This document shows, piece by piece, positions 34,493-45,172 of a DNA stretch of 64,000 nt (within the stretch, counting starts at the first letter, position 1; every line of letters begins with the position of its first letter). Source of the stretch: Gemmatimonadaceae bacterium (GTDB lineage Bacteria > Gemmatimonadota > Gemmatimonadetes > Gemmatimonadales > Gemmatimonadaceae); NCBI GenBank assembly GCA_033763905.1, contig JANRJP010000085.1:1-64000 (forward strand), given 5' to 3'. The notes below the pieces were generated by a model. It was given only the letters and a program-made list of their open reading frames with translations, was not told the origin of the DNA and did no database searches. The translations under genes and the position numbers were made by a program.

Positions 34493-35175
34493 GCGACGAC
34501 TTGGCGTCGGTGCAGCACGCGTCGTGGGACGTGAACGCCGACGCCTGGACGCGCGCGGTGCGCAGTGGCGCGATTGCCAGTCGGCGGCGCGGGACCGACG
34601 CCGCGATCGTAGCCGCGTGCGCCGTGCAGCCGGGCGAGCGAGTGCTCGACGTCGGCTGCGGCGAAGGCTGGCTGACGCGGGCGCTGACCGCCGCTGGTGG
34701 CGATGTGCTGGGGGTTGATGGTGCGGCCGCCCTGGTCGATGCCGCCCGCGAGGCGGGCGGCGGGCGCTTCGAGGTCGCGTCGTACGCGACGCTGAGCGCC
34801 GCGACGACCGCGGCCCCCGGGCCCTTCGATTTGATCGTGTGCAACTTCGCGTTGCTCGACGCGGACCTGGGGCCGCTCCTCCGGGGGCTGCGAGCGCGGC
34901 TCGCCCCGTCGGGTCGACTGGTGATCCAGACGGTGCACCCGGTGGCCACCGCAGGCACGGAGGGCTATCGCGAGGGGTGGCGAGAGGAGATATTCGCCGC
35001 CTTCGGGGGCGAGTTCCGCGCCCCGATGCCTTGGTACTATCGCACGTTCGAAGGGTGGGTCGCCGCGCTCCGAAAGGCGGGGCTCACGATCTCGATGTTG
35101 CAGGAGCCCAGAGATGCGGACGGAAACGTCCTGTCACTCGTCTGGGTTTGCACCGCACCCCCCCGCCACGTCTGA
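34489..35175 (+). CDS. Class I SAM-dependent methyltransferase
   Basis: VLDVGCGEG motif I, FDLIVCNF; GTGA overlap with the upstream stop. Confidence 0.88.
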   Translation: MSDDLASVQHASWDVNADAWTRAVRSGAIASRRRGTDAAIVAACAVQPGERVLDVGCGEGWLTRALTAAGGDVLGVDGAAALVDAAREAGGGRFEVASYATLSAATTAAPGPFDLIVCNFALLDADLGPLLRGLRARLAPSGRLVIQTVHPVATAGTEGYREGWREEIFAAFGGEFRAPMPWYYRTFEGWVAALRKAGLTISMLQEPRDADGNVLSLVWVCTAPPRHV

Positions 35176-35227
35176 CCGACCGGGATCCGAATGGCCCGTC
35201 GGCGGCGGCACTTCCCGGAGTACTGCA

Positions 35228-38200
35228 ATGTTCCTCCGCTGGCTACGCCGTGGCATCGTCCCGGTGGCCTTGCTCTGCCTCCCCACGTGGACGTCGGCGC
35301 AGACCGCGACCGGCACGATCCGCGGCCGAATCGCCGATGCGTCCACCGGCAGCGGTCTCGCTGACGCCCAAGTCCTGATTGCGGGCACCCGGATCGGGAC
35401 GTCCACGAACGGCAGCGGCGACTACGTGCTCAATGGCGCGCCGCCCGGCGCACGGACGATTTCGGTCCGTCGCATCGGCTACGCGCCGGCAAGCCGCACC
35501 GTGACGGTCACTGCCGGCCAGACGCTGACGGTCGATGTGGCGTTGCGCGCCAGCGGCGTCAACCTGTCGGAAGTCGTCGTCACCGGCACCGCGACGCCGA
35601 CCGAGCGCCGCCGCATCGGCACGTCGGTCGCGTCCGTCGACTCCGGCTTGATCAGCAAGGCGCAGTCGGTCACGCTGGATCAGGCGCTGCAGGGCAAGGT
35701 CGCTGGCGCCCAGATCTCGCAGAACTCCGGTGGTCCGGGCGGCGGTGGCATCTCGGTCCGCCTGCGCGGCGTGAACTCGTTCATTTCGGGATCGGATCCG
35801 CTCTACATCGTGGATGGCGTGATCGTCGACAACGGATCGGCGCAGCTCACCGACCTCGGCGGACGGTCGAATCCGCAGAACCGCCTCGCCGACCTCAATC
35901 CGGCCGACATCGAGCGCGTCGAGATCATCCGCGGCGCCGCCGCCGCGGCGCTGTACGGCTCGCGCGCGAACAACGGCGTGGTGCAGATCTTCACGCGGCG
36001 CGGGACCTCGGGCAAGGCGCGCTTCACGCTGACGACGCGGTACGGCATCAACGAACTGCGCGAACAGCAGCCGTTCAACTACTACCCGTTCGACGTCAAC
36101 GGGGCCCCGATCGCCCGCTTCAACTACCAGAACGACATCTTCCAGCGCTCGCCGACCACCGAGCAGAACCTGTCGGTCGAGGGCGGCAACGATCAGACGC
36201 GCTTCTACTTGAGCGCGAACGTCCTCGCCGACGAGGGCATCATCAAGTCCACGTCCTCGCTGCGGCAGGGCGCGCGACTCAACGTGCAGCAGCAGATGCT
36301 CCCGACGCTGCTCGCGAACATCACCGCGAACTACATCACCACGCGCAACCAGCTGCAGGCGTTCGGCGAGCAGAACGACTACGGCATTATGGGCTCGCTC
36401 TTCTTCGCGCCGACGAACGTGGACTTCCGTCCGACGAACGGCGTGTATCCGCTGCCGCCCGCGCTCGGCACCAACCCGCTCCTCGCGATCGACCGCATCC
36501 GGAACCCGCAGACGATCAACCGCTTCATCGGGTCGACGAAGCTGACGTGGACGCCGCGCACGAACCTCACGTTCGACTACACCATCGGCCTCGACCAGCA
36601 GAGCTTCGAGCAGCGGCAATTCGTCCCGCGCGGCTCGGTGCTGGGCACGGGCGCCCTGTCGACGGGTCGCGCGCAGTCGGTCTTCTCGGACACGCGCGTC
36701 GTCAACCAGGACGGCATCGCCAGCTGGATCACGCGGCCGAGCGCGAGCCTCGAGCTCCGCACGACGGCCGGCTTCAACTACACGCAGCAGAACATCAACA
36801 CCACCAATGCGGTCGCGAACGGGCTCGCCCCGGTGGGTGAACTCGTCGGCGCCGGCTCGGTCTTTGCCGCCGGTCAGACGAACGTGGAGTTGCGCACCCT
36901 GGGCTTCTACGGCCAGCAGGAACTCGCCTGGCGCGATCGGCTGTTCCTGACCGCCGCGGTGCGCTACGACGCGTCGTCCACGTTCGCGCCCGACGAGCGC
37001 TGGCAGGCCTTCCCGAAGTTCTCGGCGTCCTACGTGCTGCGCGAGAATCAGTCGGGGCTGTTCAACAGCGTGCGCCTGCGCACCGCCCTCGGGTGGGCCG
37101 GCAGCCAGCCGAGCATCGTGAACGCCTACTCGCAGTTCATCGGCTTTGCCCAGCTGCCGTTCGCCAACCGGCCGGGCTTCGTCAACGACATCACGTTCGG
37201 CAATCCGTCGCTGCGCAATGAGCGCGCCCGCGAGTGGGAGGTCGGTGTCGACGCCGGCTTCCTCGACGGCAAGATCGGCGTCGAGGCGCAGTACTACGAC
37301 CGCCTCGTGTCCGACCTGCTCTTCTTCCGTCCGCTCCCGTCCAGCACCGGCTTCTCGCGTCAGTTTGCGCCCATCGGCACGATGTCCAACAAGGGCCTCG
37401 AACTGTTGCTGCGCACCGTGAACATCGACCGCAAGCGCTTCAAGTGGGAGAGCACGGTCACCTACACTCGCAACCGGAACAACGTCGAGAGCCTGTCGAT
37501 CCAGGACTTCCAGTCGGCGGGCGGGTATCCGAACCGCATTCGCGCCGGCGAGCCCGCCGGCGTGTTCTACGGCTCGTACGCGGCGCGCAACTGCGTGACG
37601 GGTGCCCTGCTGCTGGATTCGCTGGGCCGCTATCGCCGCAGCAATCAGACGGCCGATATGGGCAACGCCGCTCAGCGCGTCGCCATCTCCGGCGGCACCT
37701 GCAATGACTCGCTCAATCGCGTGATTGGCGATCCGAATCCGTCGTGGATGGGGTCGTTGCTCAATGAATTCACCTTCGCCAACAAGCTGCGCTTCCGCGT
37801 GCTCCTCGATGGCGTCTTCGGCCAGGACGTGATGAACCTGTCGACGCGCGCCCAGAACGCCGGCATCGCGAGCAACTCGAAGGAGTTCGAGCGCGAACTG
37901 CTGCCGTATGGCGACCCGCGCAAGCTGGCACCGGGCTTCAATGCCCGGACGCAAGGCATCTTCGAGTACTGGGTCGAGGACGGCAGCTTCGTGAAGCTGC
38001 GCGAAATCGCCGCGACCTACACCTTCGATCAGCCCTTCATTCGCCGCGTCTTCAAGGACGGCGTCGATGTGACGGTCTCGGGCCGCAACGTCTGGGTCTG
38101 GACCGGCTACTCCGGCTTCGACCCCGAGATCAACCTGTTCGGCACGAACGCGGGCGGCCTCGGCTCCGGCCAGACGACCGCCGCCGATCGCGGGTTCGAC

Positions 38201-38257
38201 TTCGGCGGATACCCCATTCCGCGGACGTGGTCGATCAGCGCCCGCTTCACCTACTGA
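35228..38257 (+). CDS. SusC/RagA family TonB-linked outer-membrane protein
   Basis: Carboxypeptidase-regulatory-like N-domain, PLYIVDG, AAALYGSRANNGVVQIFT, VEDGSFVKLRE and YPIPRT; GGAG RBS. Confidence 0.93.
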   Translation: MFLRWLRRGIVPVALLCLPTWTSAQTATGTIRGRIADASTGSGLADAQVLIAGTRIGTSTNGSGDYVLNGAPPGARTISVRRIGYAPASRTVTVTAGQTLTVDVALRASGVNLSEVVVTGTATPTERRRIGTSVASVDSGLISKAQSVTLDQALQGKVAGAQISQNSGGPGGGGISVRLRGVNSFISGSDPLYIVDGVIVDNGSAQLTDLGGRSNPQNRLADLNPADIERVEIIRGAAAAALYGSRANNGVVQIFTRRGTSGKARFTLTTRYGINELREQQPFNYYPFDVNGAPIARFNYQNDIFQRSPTTEQNLSVEGGNDQTRFYLSANVLADEGIIKSTSSLRQGARLNVQQQMLPTLLANITANYITTRNQLQAFGEQNDYGIMGSLFFAPTNVDFRPTNGVYPLPPALGTNPLLAIDRIRNPQTINRFIGSTKLTWTPRTNLTFDYTIGLDQQSFEQRQFVPRGSVLGTGALSTGRAQSVFSDTRVVNQDGIASWITRPSASLELRTTAGFNYTQQNINTTNAVANGLAPVGELVGAGSVFAAGQTNVELRTLGFYGQQELAWRDRLFLTAAVRYDASSTFAPDERWQAFPKFSASYVLRENQSGLFNSVRLRTALGWAGSQPSIVNAYSQFIGFAQLPFANRPGFVNDITFGNPSLRNERAREWEVGVDAGFLDGKIGVEAQYYDRLVSDLLFFRPLPSSTGFSRQFAPIGTMSNKGLELLLRTVNIDRKRFKWESTVTYTRNRNNVESLSIQDFQSAGGYPNRIRAGEPAGVFYGSYAARNCVTGALLLDSLGRYRRSNQTADMGNAAQRVAISGGTCNDSLNRVIGDPNPSWMGSLLNEFTFANKLRFRVLLDGVFGQDVMNLSTRAQNAGIASNSKEFERELLPYGDPRKLAPGFNARTQGIFEYWVEDGSFVKLREIAATYTFDQPFIRRVFKDGVDVTVSGRNVWVWTGYSGFDPEINLFGTNAGGLGSGQTTAADRGFDFGGYPIPRTWSISARFTY

Positions 38258-38277
38258 GCCCCAAGGAGCCGCTTCCG

Positions 38278-39642
38278 ATGCGCACGATTCCGCACGGCGC
38301 GGTGGCTTTGGCCGCCGCCGCATTGCTCGCAGGCTGTGACCTCAACCTGCGCAACCCGAATTCTCCCACCGCCGATCAGGTGACGACCTCACCCGACGGC
38401 GTGATCGCCCTCGCGACCGGTCTGCAAGGCCGCTTCGCGACGTCGTACCACGCGTACGCCTACACCGCGGGCCTCGTCACCGACGAGTTCGCCTCCACCA
38501 CGGCGGCGCTGATTTCGATCAGCGATGCCGAACAGGGCTCGGTGCCGTCCGGCACGGGCATCGCCGACGCGGTGTTCAACTCGATCTACCGTACGGTGCG
38601 CTCGGCGGACGACCTCCGCACCGGCGCCGATGAACTGGCCTCGCGCTTCGAGCCCGGCACCCGCAGCGGCCTGCGGGCACTGGCGTTCGCGCTCAAGGCG
38701 GAAGCCCTGGGCGAAGCGCTGCAGTCGTACCAGCGCATCCCGATCAACACGTTTGGCGTCGTCGCCCCGCAGTACGTGAACCGCGCCACCGCGCTGGCCT
38801 ACGTGCGCGCATTGCTCGACTCGGCGGCCGCCGAACTCACCGCGACGCCGGCGAGCACGTTCTTTACCAACAGCATTCTGACGCCCGGCGTCAATCTGCC
38901 GAACACGATTCAGCTCTTCCGCGCGCGGTATGCGCGAATGGCGAACGATCACGCCGCCGCCATTGCCGCCGCGGATCTCGTGGCGCGCTCGGGCGCCGGC
39001 GCCCTGTCGGTGCTCACGTTCCCTGCGCCGGCGGTGAATCCGTACGCCAACGTCACCGGCGGGACGAACGGCATCGGGCCGCGGCGCGGCTGGCGTCTGG
39101 CGCAGCCCGCGGGCGATCTGCGGGCGGCGTACTTCGTCGTGGCCTCGACGGCGACCGGGCGCATTGGCGCACCACTCGATCTGTGGAACCGCTATGCCAG
39201 CCCGACCGCTCCGTTGCCGGTGTACTTCCCCGATGAGGCGCTGCTGATCAAGGCCGAAGCGCTGGTCGCGCAGAACCAGTTGGTCGCCGCGACGGCCGTC
39301 CTCGACTCGGTCCGGACGGATTGCACGGGCGGACGCGGCCTCGACGATCCGAAGGCCTGTCAGGCCGCGTTGCCGGCCGGCCTCACGGCGCCGCAGCTGC
39401 TGGACGAGATCTATCTGCAGCGTCGCTTCGAACTCTTCGGCACGGGCCTCCGCTGGGAAGACGCGCGTCGTCGTGGGCTGATTCGCGGCCCGACGTCCTC
39501 GCCTGCCTTGCCGCAGGATGGCCAGCGCTGCTGGCTGCCGTACTCGGTCGGCGATCGCAACGCCAACCCGAACGCCACGTTCACCGCGCTGCCGGATCCG
39601 GCAGAGCCGACCACCTTCCCGGCTTCGTGCCCCACGCCGTGA
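38278..39642 (+). CDS. SusD/RagB family lipoprotein
   Basis: Lipobox LAGC; EALLIKAEA and RRFELFGTGLRWEDARR; directly follows susC. Confidence 0.88.
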   Translation: MRTIPHGAVALAAAALLAGCDLNLRNPNSPTADQVTTSPDGVIALATGLQGRFATSYHAYAYTAGLVTDEFASTTAALISISDAEQGSVPSGTGIADAVFNSIYRTVRSADDLRTGADELASRFEPGTRSGLRALAFALKAEALGEALQSYQRIPINTFGVVAPQYVNRATALAYVRALLDSAAAELTATPASTFFTNSILTPGVNLPNTIQLFRARYARMANDHAAAIAAADLVARSGAGALSVLTFPAPAVNPYANVTGGTNGIGPRRGWRLAQPAGDLRAAYFVVASTATGRIGAPLDLWNRYASPTAPLPVYFPDEALLIKAEALVAQNQLVAATAVLDSVRTDCTGGRGLDDPKACQAALPAGLTAPQLLDEIYLQRRFELFGTGLRWEDARRRGLIRGPTSSPALPQDGQRCWLPYSVGDRNANPNATFTALPDPAEPTTFPASCPTP

Positions 39643-39644
39643 GG

Positions 39645-40457
39645 ATGCCGACCGTGAATTTTCTCTCGACTTCGACCTGGAGCCCGCGCGTGGCACATCG
39701 CCTGACGACGGCATTCGCTGCCGTGCTTTCGCTTTCGCTCGCCGCGTGCGGCACGAAGGAGGCCCCGGACCCGCTTGCCCCGACGGGCCCAACGGGTCGC
39801 GTGCGGTTCGTGAACCTCATCACCGATCCGGCGCGAGTGCCAGCCAACGCCATTCTGGAGGGCTTGCCCTTCGGCGTAAACCTCGGCTACGGCGGCACGA
39901 CCCCGTCGTCGTTGCCGACGCCGTCGACCGCGATCTACTCGCCGATCCTGACCGGTGATCGTCGCCTGGTCCTCAAGCGCACTGCCGACACCTCGGTGAC
40001 GCTTGCCACGATCAACTTCACCGTCACCGCGTCGCAGGATCGGACGATCTACGCGACCGGCGGAACCGGTGGTGGCGCGGTCACGAACTTCATCACGAAC
40101 GATGACAACACGGCGCCGGCCGCCGGACAGACCCGCGTTCGCGTGGTGCATCTGAGCCCGTCGGCTGGGCCAGTGGACGTGTTCGTCACGACGACGACCG
40201 CCGATCTCGCGGCGGCGACGCCGACGCTGGCGGGCGTGGCGGCGCAGACGGCGTCGGGCTACCTCAGCGTGGCCGCCGGCACGTACCGGATTCGATTGGT
40301 CCCGGCGGGAACGCCAGCGGCCAATCGGGCGGCCAACGTGCTGCTCGACGTGGCGTCGATCGTGTTCCCCGCGCTGGGGGCGCGGACGATCGTCGCTGCC
40401 GATGCGGCGGCGGGCGGGCTGCCGGCTCGGGCCTTCACGTATAACGATCGACCCTAA
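39645..40457 (+). CDS. DUF4397-like lipoprotein
   Basis: Lipobox LAAC; VRFVN and VRVVHLSPSAGPVDV repeats. Confidence 0.78.
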   Translation: MPTVNFLSTSTWSPRVAHRLTTAFAAVLSLSLAACGTKEAPDPLAPTGPTGRVRFVNLITDPARVPANAILEGLPFGVNLGYGGTTPSSLPTPSTAIYSPILTGDRRLVLKRTADTSVTLATINFTVTASQDRTIYATGGTGGGAVTNFITNDDNTAPAAGQTRVRVVHLSPSAGPVDVFVTTTTADLAAATPTLAGVAAQTASGYLSVAAGTYRIRLVPAGTPAANRAANVLLDVASIVFPALGARTIVAADAAAGGLPARAFTYNDRP

Positions 40458-40482
40458 CCCGATCCTTCACCGTTCCACCTGC

Positions 40483-40516
40483 CACGGGGCGCCGGAGCTG
40501 CATCCGGCGCCCCGTG
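40483..40516. terminator. Bidirectional hairpin between convergent genes
   Basis: CACGGGGCGCCGGA-GCTGCA-TCCGGCGCCCCGTG perfect 14-bp stem. Confidence 0.72.
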
Positions 40517-40517
40517 T

Positions 40518-42137
40518 TCATTGCGGGGGTCTCTGCGAGGCGCGTCGCGCCACCAGTGCCGGTACGAGCGGCAGCACGATCACCGCCGCGGCGCTCGCCG
40601 TGTGCGACCAGTCGCCATTCGCGAGGCGCGGCCAGTTGAAGATGAACAGGTCGGCGGTGAGGTGACTCAACACGACCGTGAGCGCCCCGTAGCGGAAGAA
40701 CGCCCAGCCCCACGTCGCCCCAACCAGCGTGAGCACCAGCGGCCGCGCCCAGAAGGGGCCCGCCGGCGGAAGGAAGTCGAGGTTCGTGTGCGTCAGGCCG
40801 TACAATAGCGCCGGCCCCCAGATCGCCATCCACCGGCGGCCGGTCAGGCGTTCGATCCACGTGCCAAAGTAGAGTCGGTAGCCCAGCTCCTCGGCGAGCG
40901 CCACGCTCGTGAAGAAGAGGAGCGCGGTCAGCGACGGCGACCACGCATCCAGCACTTTCACGAAGAATCCGCGTGGTTGCAGTGCGGTCGGCGCTCCCAC
41001 GCCCGACTGCAAGAGGGCCACACTGCCCGCCATCACGCCGCCACACAGCAGGCCCACAAGCCAGCCCTGCCACGCCGCGCGGCCGACCTCCGGATCGCGC
41101 CAATGCCCAGCCACGGCTCGCCACAGCGACGCGGCGCGATTGGCCCCCGCACGACGATCTTCGGCGTCGCCAGCGGCGATGACGGTGAACAGCACCAGCC
41201 CCAGCCACGCGTTCGTGAGGCCGATGCGCTGCAATCCCAGCAGCGGGGCCGTGATCCACGGCCAAAGCGGCTCCCACACCTGCTGCAGCCACGCGGGCTC
41301 GAGAAAGAACGTGGCCACGACACCGGCAAAGACGAGTGCGGCCACACGCGCGGGTGGGCCGATCTGCGCCGAGCCATCGCGAAGGCCGCGCAGCAGAATT
41401 CCAAACGCGACGATGATCCCCGCCGCCAAGGCGAGTACGCCGATCGACGAGAGGACGATCGTGGGTGCCTGCGCCGCCGTGCGCGCCCGACGCGCGTCAT
41501 CAGGCACGACCAGGTTCCGGAGCACGCCGCTCACCACATTGCCGGACACCGTGAGACTGGCGCGCTCCTTGAGGCCGTGCGAGGCGTCCACCACGCGCTC
41601 GACCGTGAACGTGCGATCCACGCGGCGGGGCCGCTCGCGGATTGACGCGCCAATCAGCGTCCAGGGCGCCGCGATCGTGTCGTGCGTCACGCGATCGAGC
41701 GCAGCAAAGGCCATCCGCGCGGCCGAGGCGCTGTCGGCCGTCCCCGCCGAGTCGTCGTCCTGCCGCATCCAGAGCCAGCGCGACACCCGTCCCCGTGGGT
41801 CGACCCAAGCCACGATCACGTCCGGTGAGCCGCGTCGCTTGAAGGTGACCGCGGTCCCGACCAGCCACTGGCGATCCGCCAAGGCCAGTGTGGCCGATCG
41901 GCCCAGCAGGGAATCGGCGTGATCGAGCGCGAGATCATCGATGGCCAGCTCGGCCGCCGCGCGGAATCCCTGGATCGGCACCCCTTCACGCACCAAGTGC
42001 GCCTGCGCGGCCGCCTCCTGCGCCGCGGGATCCAGGGCCTTGCCCAGCGGCACCAGCGGCCAGAGCCGAGGCAACTGCCACACGAACACCGCGGCCGAGA
42101 CCAGGGCCAGCGCGAGCAGTCGACGGGTGGTCAGCAC
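40518..42137 (-). CDS. CPBP (CAAX/Abi) intramembrane metalloprotease with a large N-terminal extracytoplasmic region
   Basis: AEELGYR, YGLTH and VLSHLTAD motifs in the C-terminal TM bundle; GTG start inferred. Confidence 0.8.
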   Translation of the reverse strand: MLTTRRLLALALVSAAVFVWQLPRLWPLVPLGKALDPAAQEAAAQAHLVREGVPIQGFRAAAELAIDDLALDHADSLLGRSATLALADRQWLVGTAVTFKRRGSPDVIVAWVDPRGRVSRWLWMRQDDDSAGTADSASAARMAFAALDRVTHDTIAAPWTLIGASIRERPRRVDRTFTVERVVDASHGLKERASLTVSGNVVSGVLRNLVVPDDARRARTAAQAPTIVLSSIGVLALAAGIIVAFGILLRGLRDGSAQIGPPARVAALVFAGVVATFFLEPAWLQQVWEPLWPWITAPLLGLQRIGLTNAWLGLVLFTVIAAGDAEDRRAGANRAASLWRAVAGHWRDPEVGRAAWQGWLVGLLCGGVMAGSVALLQSGVGAPTALQPRGFFVKVLDAWSPSLTALLFFTSVALAEELGYRLYFGTWIERLTGRRWMAIWGPALLYGLTHTNLDFLPPAGPFWARPLVLTLVGATWGWAFFRYGALTVVLSHLTADLFIFNWPRLANGDWSHTASAAAVIVLPLVPALVARRASQRPPQ

Positions 42138-42193
42138 GCCGTGAACGCTCCACCCCGTGCCGAGCGGGGACAAGGGGGGATTAGCTTCACGTC

Positions 42194-43327
42194 GTGACCA
42201 ATCAGCCGTACTGGCACCTGCCGACCGCTCCATCGTATCCGTCGCTCGACGGCGACCTCGAGGCCGACGTGTGTGTGATCGGGCTTGGGGCGAGTGGGCT
42301 CGCTGCCGCGCTGGAAGCGGCGGCGCTCGGTGCGACGGTGGTCGGCATCGACCGGAGCGAAGTGGCGGCTGGCGCGGCGGGGCGTAACGGCGGCCTGCTG
42401 CTGGGCGGATTGGCCGAGTTCCATCACGACGCCGCCGATCGCTGGGGCCCTGCGCGCGCGAGCGCACTCTACCGGATGACGCTCGACGAGATGCGCGCGA
42501 TCCGCCGAGACTACGCGGCCGTTACGTGGTGGAATGGCTCGCTCCGCATCGCCGACGACGAGATGGAGCTGGAGGACTGCGCGCGGCAACAATCGCGAAT
42601 GGCCCTCGATGGTCTGCCGGTGGAGTGGTACGAAGGGCCCGAAGGTCGTGGGCTGCTGTTTCCCGAAGACGGCGGCTTTCACCCGGCACGGCGCGCGCAT
42701 CAGATGGCCGAGCGCGCCGTCGCGTCGGGCGTGCGGCTGTACACCGGAACACCGGCGCTCGCGATCGACGCGGCGGGCGTCGAGACGCCCAGCGGACGCG
42801 TTCGGGCCAGCCAGGTCGTGATCTGTGCCGACGGCGCGCTCGGCACGCTGCTGCCCGAGCTCGCGCGTCGCGTCCGGCCGGTGCGGCTGCAGATGCTGGC
42901 CACGGCCCCCGCGCACGATGTGCGCGTGCCGCGCCCCGTGTACGCACGGCACGGCTACGACTACTGGCAGCAGTTGGCCGACGGGAGCATTGCGCTGGGG
43001 GGCGGGCGGGACCAGTTCCGTGAGCAGGAGTTCACCACGGACTCGACGCCGACCGAGCCCCTGCAAGCCTGGCTCGACGCGCGCCTCCGGACGGCCGTCG
43101 GCACCGCGGCACCGGTGACGCACCGCTGGGCGGCGGTCGTCAGCTACACCGACGACGCCCTACCCATTGCCGAGATGGTGCGTCCCGGCGTGCACGCCGC
43201 GGGCGCCTACAATGGCACGGGAAACGTGGTTGGCGTACTCTGCGGGCGGGGACTGGCGCGACGCGCGCTGGGGCACGCCGACCCGTGGCTCGATCTGCTC
43301 GACTCCATTCGCTCGGAGACTTCGTGA
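42194..43327 (+). CDS. FAD-dependent oxidoreductase (DAO/PuuB-like)
   Basis: DVCVIGLGASG, GAAGRNGG and AYNGTG motifs. Confidence 0.88.
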   Translation: MTNQPYWHLPTAPSYPSLDGDLEADVCVIGLGASGLAAALEAAALGATVVGIDRSEVAAGAAGRNGGLLLGGLAEFHHDAADRWGPARASALYRMTLDEMRAIRRDYAAVTWWNGSLRIADDEMELEDCARQQSRMALDGLPVEWYEGPEGRGLLFPEDGGFHPARRAHQMAERAVASGVRLYTGTPALAIDAAGVETPSGRVRASQVVICADGALGTLLPELARRVRPVRLQMLATAPAHDVRVPRPVYARHGYDYWQQLADGSIALGGGRDQFREQEFTTDSTPTEPLQAWLDARLRTAVGTAAPVTHRWAAVVSYTDDALPIAEMVRPGVHAAGAYNGTGNVVGVLCGRGLARRALGHADPWLDLLDSIRSETS

Positions 43328-43794
43328 TGCGACCTCTGCCGTTGCTCCTCGCCGCGTTCGCGTTGCTGGCCGCCTGCCGCAAAGACCTCCCACCGCTTCC
43401 TGCTATGCCGATCGACAAGACGACCTTCGCCGCCTCACTCGATGTGCAGCTCGCCAAGAGCGTCACGACGCCCACCGGGCTCGTGTATCGGGATCTCGTC
43501 GTCGGCAGCGGCGCCGAAGCGGTGGCGGGCAAGACCGTCCTCGTGCACTACGACGGTCGGCTGGCCGATGGCACGCAGTTCGACGAGAACACGCCGGGCG
43601 ACGATCCACTCGAGTTCGCCCTCGGGCAACAGCAGGTGATTGCGGGCTGGGACGAAGGCGTCAGCGGAATGAAGGTTGGCGGCAAGCGCCAACTCGTCAT
43701 TCCGCCGGCCTTGGGCTACGGCGATACCGGCATCGGCCCGATTCCGGGCAACGCGATTCTGGTCTTTACCGTCGAGCTCGTCGCGGTGCGCTAG
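43327..43794 (+). CDS. FKBP-type peptidyl-prolyl isomerase lipoprotein
   Basis: Lipobox [27 protein letters not shown] and LVFTVEL. Confidence 0.93.
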   Translation: MRPLPLLLAAFALLAACRKDLPPLPAMPIDKTTFAASLDVQLAKSVTTPTGLVYRDLVVGSGAEAVAGKTVLVHYDGRLADGTQFDENTPGDDPLEFALGQQQVIAGWDEGVSGMKVGGKRQLVIPPALGYGDTGIGPIPGNAILVFTVELVAVR

Positions 43795-45172
43795 GCGCAC
43801 CAATCAGGTACCACGACTCCTGACGCGGCAGGAAGAAGCGCCAGCCGTCGTCGGCGAGCCACGCGTCGTCTTCCATCATCACGAACACCTTCTGTCCGCC
43901 CCACTCGGCGACGGGCGTGGCGGTGTTCAGCTCAATCGAGATGTAGCTGCCGGCCCGCAGCGGCGTCGGAAGCTCGGCTGCATTGCGCTGCGACGAGCGG
44001 AAGTCGATGCTCGCGCCGAGTCCGTGCCCGTGCACGCCGATGGGATGCGAGTAGATCATCGCTTCGATGCCGCGCTCCTTCATTTCGGCCATCGTCGCGG
44101 CATAGACCTCGCCCGCGGGGCGACCCGGCCGCGAGTGCCGCTGCATCAACGCGTCCTGCAGCACGTTCGTGTTGCGCATCGCCGCCTTGAGGCCTTCGGG
44201 GACGTCGCGCTCTCCCGGCCGAAGCACGTAGGCCATCTTCTGCCAGTCGGTGTCGAAGCCCATCACGGTGAGCCCGACATCGAGATGCACGACGTCGCCG
44301 TGACGAATCACCGTGCTTTCGGGTGCAATCGCCAGAAAGCCGCGAGACGTCGGGTTGGGGACGCCTTGGCGCTGAATGCGCAGGTCCTGCTGGAACCACG
44401 TCCGTACGCCCGCGGCCCAGAACGCGTCGTAGATCCAATTGCGCACATCGCCCACCGTGGTGACGCCGGGGCGAATCACCTCGGCCGACAGCGCGCGCCG
44501 CGTGATCGCATCGGTCAGCGCGACCGCCGACCGGTAGTACGGCATCTCCTCGGGGAGCCGCGTGTCGCAATACTCCTCGATCAGCGACGCCGCGCTGGTG
44601 AAGCGACTCTTGGCCTCGGCGCCCATTGCGGTAGTGAGGAACGCGTAGGCGTCGTGGCCCAGCGACCGCTGCACGCCGCGGCGCCCACCGATCGAGAGTC
44701 CGATCGTCTTCGGCTGATGCTCCTGATACAACGCGGCCAATCGCTGGGCCGCCGGCACCGGTTCGTCCGGTGACTCGAAGAATCGCTTGAGGTTGTCTTC
44801 GCTGTAGCCCGTGACGGCGACGCGGCGCAGTCGATCACCGGCGTCGATGAAGACGAAGATGTCGCGGTTGCCGGTGTACGGCCGCGGCGGCGCCACAAGC
44901 TGGGTGAGCGGATCGTCGTGGAACTCCTCGTTGACTACGATCCACATCGCGATCCCGTGGCGGCGCATCATCGGCAGCAGCGCGGCGTGCCGCGTCTCGA
45001 GCCACCGTTCGCGGATGCGGATCTGCTCCGACCACGAGGGAATGCCGGCGGCAGCGGCGGTCATCGGCCGTGCCTGGGCGCGCAGCGGCGTCGACAGCGC
45101 GCCGGCAGTCAATCCGGCCAGCAGCAGTACGGGCAGTGTGCGTTGCATCGGGCCGCGGGCAAGGACGCGCAT
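43766..45172 (-). CDS. Secreted M24 family (Xaa-Pro-type) peptidase
   Basis: [31 protein letters not shown] and MEDD; alternative start at 45148. Confidence 0.85.
   Translation of the reverse strand: MRVLARGPMQRTLPVLLLAGLTAGALSTPLRAQARPMTAAAAGIPSWSEQIRIRERWLETRHAALLPMMRRHGIAMWIVVNEEFHDDPLTQLVAPPRPYTGNRDIFVFIDAGDRLRRVAVTGYSEDNLKRFFESPDEPVPAAQRLAALYQEHQPKTIGLSIGGRRGVQRSLGHDAYAFLTTAMGAEAKSRFTSAASLIEEYCDTRLPEEMPYYRSAVALTDAITRRALSAEVIRPGVTTVGDVRNWIYDAFWAAGVRTWFQQDLRIQRQGVPNPTSRGFLAIAPESTVIRHGDVVHLDVGLTVMGFDTDWQKMAYVLRPGERDVPEGLKAAMRNTNVLQDALMQRHSRPGRPAGEVYAATMAEMKERGIEAMIYSHPIGVHGHGLGASIDFRSSQRNAAELPTPLRAGSYISIELNTATPVAEWGGQKVFVMMEDDAWLADDGWRFFLPRQESWYLIGAPSAPRRARR

Noticed and set aside
35243..38323. 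1026-aa minus-strand ORF
   Set aside because: Antisense shadow of susC caused by codon bias
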